DNA from: Eledone cirrhosa
Lineage: Eukaryota
Direction of reading: 5' to 3'
NCBI GenBank assembly: GCA_964016885.1
Contig: OZ024740.1
Span: forward strand, 393,824,001 to 393,888,000
DNA length: 64,000 nt
In this document: positions 57,760 to 64,000 of the stretch, piece by piece
Layout: each line of letters opens with the position of its first letter
Numbering within the stretch: the first letter of the stretch is position 1
The notes under the pieces: model-generated
What the model was told of the DNA's origin: nothing
Database searches by the model: none
What the model saw: the letters and a program-made list of their open reading frames with translations, nothing else
Program-made: the position numbers and the translations under genes

Positions 57760-57830
<71 letters not shown>

Positions 57831-57831
<1 letters not shown>

Positions 57832-58140
57832 GGGCCTTCACTCTACATCAGACTATAGGTGAGGAAGATGGAAGATGGAAGATGAAAGATCAAGGGAGCA
57901 TCCCCTCTCTGTGCTCCTGAGGAGAAGGGTTGCACACTTTTTTCGGGGGTGTGTGCGACCCCCCAAGGCTCCTCCTCCCTTTTGAGGATTTGGGTATTCA
58001 ATTTATTTCGGTTATATTTTATATTTTATTTTTTATATCTTGTTATTGCCTCCTCCTTATTGAGGACGCCTTTTTATGTAAACTCCCCCATTGTACTTGT
58101 CCCACTTTTTCATGCCCTGGTGGCAAATAAAAAGAAAGTT
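57831..58140 (+). mobile_element. Tx1 3'-end fragment (variant D) between (ATCT)n tracts
   Basis: End of ORF2 plus homologous 3'UTR ending GCCCTGGTGGCAAATAAAAAGAAAGTT. Confidence 0.85.
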
Positions 58141-58164
58141 ATCTATCTATCTATCTATCTATCT

Positions 58165-58352
58165 AACAAAGAAAATGTAGTAATAAACCAAGTGGACCAT
58201 AACGCACCAGAGTACTCGATATTTAGGGTAGGTAGTAGAGTGGGCAATAGGAAAAGAGTCATGGCCCCGATGGCTGAGCTCTGGCCGTTTCGACAGTTAG
58301 CTCTAGCTGTCGAAATGGCCGGAGCTCAGCCCTCGGGGTTCTGACTCTTTTT
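58165..58352 (-). mobile_element. fold-back hairpin element (7592 family)
   Basis: Tail CCATAACGCACCAGAGTACTC..GTAGTAGAGTGGG and ~49-bp imperfect hairpin centred at 58301-58302. Confidence 0.7.
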
Positions 58353-58378
58353 CTATCCATCTATCTAGCTAGTTATCT

Positions 58379-59775
58379 CGGTCCAAACCTCCAGGTGGAG
58401 AAAAACTGGAACGAGGTCATGGCCAAGGTATTTGCGCTCACCCAGAAGTGGGCAGAGTGCAAACTGTCTTTGAAAGGTCGAGCGGACGTGGCGAACACTA
58501 TCATAGCGTCCGTCATCTACTACCGCTTGACTGTCGTGCCTTGTCCCCGTGAATACCTCACCGAGATGGAACGCATGCTCTTCCAGTTCCTGTGGAAGAA
58601 GCAGGCTCCACTGGTGAGGAGATCCGTCTGCTGTCAACACCCTTCCAACGGAGGGCTGGGCATGCCGTGGCTAATGATGCGCAAACATGCGCTGAGGCTA
58701 CGGCATCTTCAGGTATTCCTCACCGACGAACCGGTGTGGGCACCGTTTGTGAGACAGGCCTTCCCACAACTTGTCTCGCTGACGGAGCTGCAGTCCTGGG
58801 TCAAGTGAAGACCGAAGAAGATGGGCGTCTGGCACATTGAATGCGCCCAGGTGCTCACAGTCAAGCAGGCACAGCAATCAGTGGAGACTCCACTTCAAAA
58901 TTCTATAGAGGGTTAGTACTTTACAAGTGCGACGACGTGTTTGGGGAGACTCTAGGCGTCGAAGACGACGAGCTCACCAATCTGTTCAGTAGGACTTTCC
59001 GCCCGGTGCTTATGGACAGCTTCCAGAGGTCCTTGGCTTGGCAGTGCTACCGAGGAGCTCTACCCGTTCGAGATAAGATCTACAGGCACGGACGCCCCGG
59101 CAGGGATCCTTCCAAGAGGACGTGTCCAAGATGCGAGCAGGACATTGAAACCGTCTTGCACGCAATTGTACACTGCCCGGGCGTAAGCGACCTGTGGAAC
59201 TATGCAGAATAACTGCTGTCGCGTATGGGACAAATCCAGTTGACTGCCGAGTCCATAGTAAGGATCAAACCTCCAGCATCTTTCAAAAACGAAAGAGAGG
59301 CGGTTTCCCTCTGTACAGCGGCTATGGTGAAAGAGGTTATATGGTGGACGAGATTGAGAGGACTGACGACAGATGCCTTTCTCTCCGGACAACAATTGAT
59401 TGCCTTCTTTAAGTATCACTTTAGAAGAAGAATCAGAGTGGAGAGAGAGGCACTGCACCCCAGTAAATTTACTGAAAGGTGGGTGAATGAAGCGAAAGTG
59501 GCCCGAGTGATTGGGCCTTCTCTGTTTATAAGCCTGAAGGTTAAAGAAGAGAGCAAAAGGAAGAAGGGAGAACTTGCACAACACGCTCCTGAAGTTGAGG
59601 GTTGTTCTATCGACGGGGTATTAAACAACCCATTTGTGGCGTCTCCCCCCTATTGGGGAATTCGATTGTTATAATTGTTTGTTATATACTTTTTTTACAC
59701 GACTGTATGTAAAATCCCCGGCATATGTCTTTGTATTGTCCCATTTTCTTGTGCGCCCTTGTGGCAAATGAAGAA
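58379..59775 (+). mobile_element. Tx1 5'-truncated copy (variant C)
   Basis: EKNWNEV..QKWAECKLSLKGRA, CPRCEQDIETVLHAIVHC, with stops; ends GCCCTTGTGGCAAATGAAGAA-(ATCT)n. Confidence 0.9.
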
Positions 59776-59802
59776 ATCTATCTATCTATCTATCTATCTG
59801 TC

Positions 59803-60101
59803 GTTTTTATGAAAGGTGGGTGAAAGTGGCGAGAATGGCCCGTGTAAATGGGCCTTCTCTCTACATCAGCCTGTAGGTGGAAAAGAGGAAGGAATGAGGG
59901 AGCACCCTCTCTCTGTGCTCCCGGTGAGAAGGGGTTGCACACTTTTTTCGGGGGTGTGTGCGAACCCCCAAACGCCCCCTCCCTATTGAGGACTTTATTG
60001 TTAATTTTATATTTGTTATTTTTTTCTTTACTCGCCTTTTTGTGTAAACTCCCCCCTTGTATTTGTCCCCTTCTTTTGCGCCCTAGTGGAAATAAATAGA
60101 A
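59803..60101 (+). mobile_element. Tx1 3'-end fragment (variant E, close to family A) between (ATCT)n tracts
   Basis: TTTTATGAAAGGTGGGTGAAAG..GCCCTAGTGGAAATAAATAGAA-(ATCT)n. Confidence 0.88.
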
Positions 60102-60795
60102 ATCTATCTATCTATCTGTCTGACTATCTATCTATTTATTTATCCATCTATCTGTCTCTCGCTCTCACTCATATTCTTGCAGACGTATCTTTGAATCTAT
60201 GCATGTACGAATGAATGGATGTGTGTTGATATATATAAATTGATACACACACAAACGTATATTTTTTGTCTGTCTTTACAGACACAGGTGCGGCGTGCAC
60301 ACACAGGCACACAAAGAGAGAAATATTAGTTGGTAAGACAACTATCCTATATAGAATTCCACTAAAATGATCACACAGACATAACATCCAGTATTATACT
60401 CGGAAAAGTAAGACTTTTTAATCCGACGTTGATGATTATTATCAGCAATATCATCATTACTATGATTCTCGTTTCTTATTATAAAACGCAATAATATAAG
60501 GAAGCCACTAACAATTTTCTCATTTTGTGCATTAGACTGCAAATGTTTAGAAACATTGTTGAACCTCAGAACGTTGCTGTTCCAGACTAAACACGAAGGA
60601 ATGCGCACACAAACACACACATACACACATATACACACAAATACACACATACACACACACATACACATACACTTACACACACATACACACATGCACACAC
60701 ACACACACACATCACTCACACACACACACACATAACACCCAAATAATTAGCCAAGAAGTTATAGTGATTCAAAGGCCTAGAGATTCGTTCCCACG

Positions 60796-60849
<54 letters not shown>

Positions 60850-60950
60850 CAGGGTGTCCACAAAAAATGTATACACACTTCAATAGCATTCTAATAAATA
60901 TTGCCTGTATAGGTAATCAAAGTGGGTATACATTTTGAGGAGACACCCTG
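60850..60950. mobile_element. Tc1/mariner-type mini-MITE
   Basis: CAGGGTGTC..GACACCCTG with TA flanks; interior related (inverted) to 7806-7882. Confidence 0.7.
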
Positions 60951-61183
60951 TATATATATGTGAGTACATGTAGAGGCAAGGATGAGAAGGAATTAGCTTA
61001 AAATGAGACACGTGAATTATATAGAAACTATAGCGATAGTCCTAAAAGTAATATATTGGCAATTCATGTATGTTTATATAGTTACATGAAATTGTCTGAA
61101 ATCTTGTCCATTTACAAACGCGTCACTATATTTCTTAGTAATCAATAAACTAATTATGATCCATCCGTATAATCAATGTGTGA

Positions 61184-61221
<38 letters not shown>

Positions 61222-61230
61222 GATATTAAA

Positions 61231-61683
61231 TACGATATTAAATAAATGGAAACTATATTTATAAAACCATATTTATTTCATTATATATATTTCAGGGATA
61301 TCATATTAACAATATGCTATGCCTTCCTCAGACAAAATACAATATAGACAGTTTTATAGATAAATAGATTTGACATACCGTTCAACATCGACTTGTATTT
61401 GAAAAGTTGATCTGCCAAATCAACTTTTCAAATACAAGTCGATGTTGAACGGTATGTCAAATCTATTTATCTATAAAACTGTCTATATTGTATTTTGTCT
61501 GAGGAAGGCATAGCATATTGTTAATATGATATCCCTGAAATATATATAATGAAATAAATATGGTTTTATAAATATAGTTTCCATTTATTTAATATCGTAA
61601 ATATACTCCAAATACTTGTCGAGTGCTTTTATATCAGTTATAAATATTTACTAGTTGTAACCAAACAATTTAAATATAACTTT

Positions 61684-61690
<7 letters not shown>
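61231..61690 (+). mobile_element. Penelope-like fold-back element with a perfect 181-bp inverted repeat, in (TA)n
   Basis: 61231-61411 / 61419-61599, 7-nt loop, then tail ATATACTCCA..GAGTGCT. Confidence 0.75.
61491..61556 (+). ncRNA. type I hammerhead ribozyme fold (mirror copy on the minus strand at 61274-61339)
   Basis: TATTTTGT-CTGAGGA-[AGG..CATATT/AATATG..CCT]-GAAA-TATATA-TA^-ATGAAATA. Confidence 0.8.
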
Positions 61691-61718
<28 letters not shown>

Positions 61719-62041
61719 AATATAATTCAGCGAGAATCGTATTTCGGCTGGTAGAAAAAGCGAAACGAAACGCAAAATCGTATAAATGCTGGCAAGCGCT
61801 CAATAGTTAAAAAACTAGAGCTAAATATATATATATATCCTCTTAAAATTCGTTGGATTTTCACCTCGACACTGGATACCAACCCGGAGTAAACCTGAAC
61901 TTCCTCCAGGAAATCTTTCGTATCTTTGAAATCTTCTTTGCTTCTTATATATATAAGCAAAAGGGAAAAAACTATCCAGGAAAAACTGGAACCGTTAAGA
62001 TCTTCTTCCTGGTTATGTCAATATTTATAAAACAAACTTTG

Positions 62042-62102
62042 TATTTTTTCTGATGAAAGCGTACCAAAGTTTTGGTACCCTTGAAATATATATAATAGAA
62101 TA
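62042..62102 (+). ncRNA. type I hammerhead ribozyme fold
   Basis: TATTTTTT-CTGATGA-[AAG.GTACCAAA/TTTGGTAC.CTT]-GAAA-TATATA-TA^-ATAGAATA; one stem I mismatch; downstream flank homologous to 61557-61597. Confidence 0.72.
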
Positions 62103-62257
62103 AATATGGTTTTATAACTATAGTTTCCATTTATTTAATATCATTGTATATATATATATATATATATATACAATGATATTAAATAAATGGAAACTATAGT
62201 TATAAAACCATATTTATTCTATTATATATATAAGTGTATATATATATAGAGATATGA

Positions 62258-62588
<331 letters not shown>

Positions 62589-64000
62589 CGTCTTGATGTG
62601 GGAGCTAAGTATATGTTTGTTTATTCCTTTACTTATTTGCATAGGTAAGTATATACTACCCGTATGTTTTGTGAAGGTACGTATACCTTCTCGTACGTAT
62701 ATTTGATTGTTTTGGCGTATAATTTTATATATTCTGGTACATAGGGTTTGGCTATGTGTATACGGGAGTTTTTGCGTCTGTGTGAGTATGCAGGTTCGTT
62801 CGTATGATGGGTGTGTGTATATGTGTACTTCTTGTTTTAGTTGACTTACGTCTCCGAACATTCGTGTATTTATATGTAGGTATGTGTGTGCGCTTGTTAT
62901 ATACGTATTTATTTATTTATATACGTTTATATAATTATTTATTTATTTGTATACACGCACACACACATATTTATATGTGCGTGGTTTTGTATACCTATGG
63001 TAAGGTTTTGCGTATGCTTGTGTATGTACGTATTTGTTTGCGTGTATGTATTTATTTATTTTTATTACTTCTGTATTGTATTTATTTACTTTGTTCTTAA
63101 CTCTGTAGCGGAGATTCATTTGGTCTCCTAGTTAGAATTTTAGTCTACGACTTCTGCTATACCATTTACGTGGTTTTGTCTTTGCGTGCTATTGTTCTCC
63201 ACGCTCCACATATGACGTATTATCTTCGTTTTTTCGTTCATTGCCAGAGAACGTCTCTATGCGCCACAGGGCTGCAGGTAAATGCGTCCGTAGGCGGTAT
63301 GATGGTGATGATGGGATTACTGAACCAATGAAAAGGCCGAAATAACAGGATGCTAATATGTACTGCAGATAAAGAACAGCTGAGATGTTTGAACACATAC
63401 AAAACATATCTGAAGACCCTTCGAATGCAGAGTCGGGTTCGATCTGTAACATATCTTGCCTTGAGCTGATCGACAGAGAAACATATGTAATATGTTAATA
63501 AATTGTGATTTGATGCAACACTGATACCTCGTTCTTTAGTGAATGAATCAGAGAGGAAAATGCCTGTTTATCTTTAGTAAATGTAAATTCTAAATGGAAG
63601 GCGGGACAACACAAACAACGTTCCCGTCCATCAGTTACTCGTAGCGGGTGATCTCAATTTTTCATTGGTAAGAATAGAAAACCATATGCCAACCACAATG
63701 CCTGTTGCTGTATATAAATTGTGAAACAAAACGAGGATCAGGCAAAAAGAAACAAACAGTCGACAAAAAATAAAAAAAACTGTCCACGTTTAAACAGCTT
63801 TGAGTTTCTCATAAACAGTACAGATAAAACAGACAGAAAAATAAACGAACAACTTTTTTTAATACCTAACCGTACAACAATTTTGGTCAGCCCGAGTCTC
63901 TATGGCAGGTAAAAAATTATATTTTTTTCTCTCTGGGGTGTAAGGAACTTTCCTTCTTCTCAATGCCTTGTCCCCTATTTCTCGTCTGACAAAGGAAGTT

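Noticed and set aside
63404-63450. CTGAAGA followed by a stem, possible hammerhead
   Set aside because: No GAAA or stem III/stem I closure.

Overview
AT-rich eukaryotic, non-genic DNA, saturated with microsatellites and retroelements. The SINE family and repeat landscape suggest an octopus or other cephalopod, which is an inference. I found no convincing host gene. Main contents: (1) three near-identical full-length Tx1/L1-clade LINEs (family A, ~5.6 kb, ORF1 with CCHC knuckle, ORF2 APE-RT-CCHC) stacked head-to-tail in one (TGTC)n tract; (2) four related, 5'-truncated Tx1 copies stacked in a (TATC)n tract at 52.9-60.1 kb, plus a deleted inverted copy; (3) an intact RTE-clade LINE with three C-terminal C2H2 fingers and non-autonomous relatives, all next to (TATG)n; (4) Penelope-like/retrozyme-like non-coding elements in (TA)n carrying minimal type I hammerhead ribozyme folds and fold-back inverted repeats; (5) many tRNA-type SINEs whose target-site duplications (TSDs) start with ATTAT; (6) remnants of R4/Dong-like, Rex3-like and RTE LINEs, a mariner and mini-MITEs. 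The most striking pattern is that each retroelement group sits in its own simple repeat. Both Tx1 families also have a splice-donor consensus overlapping the ORF1 stop codon, and joining it to the next AG would fuse ORF1 to ORF2 in frame. All alignments and folds were done by eye.
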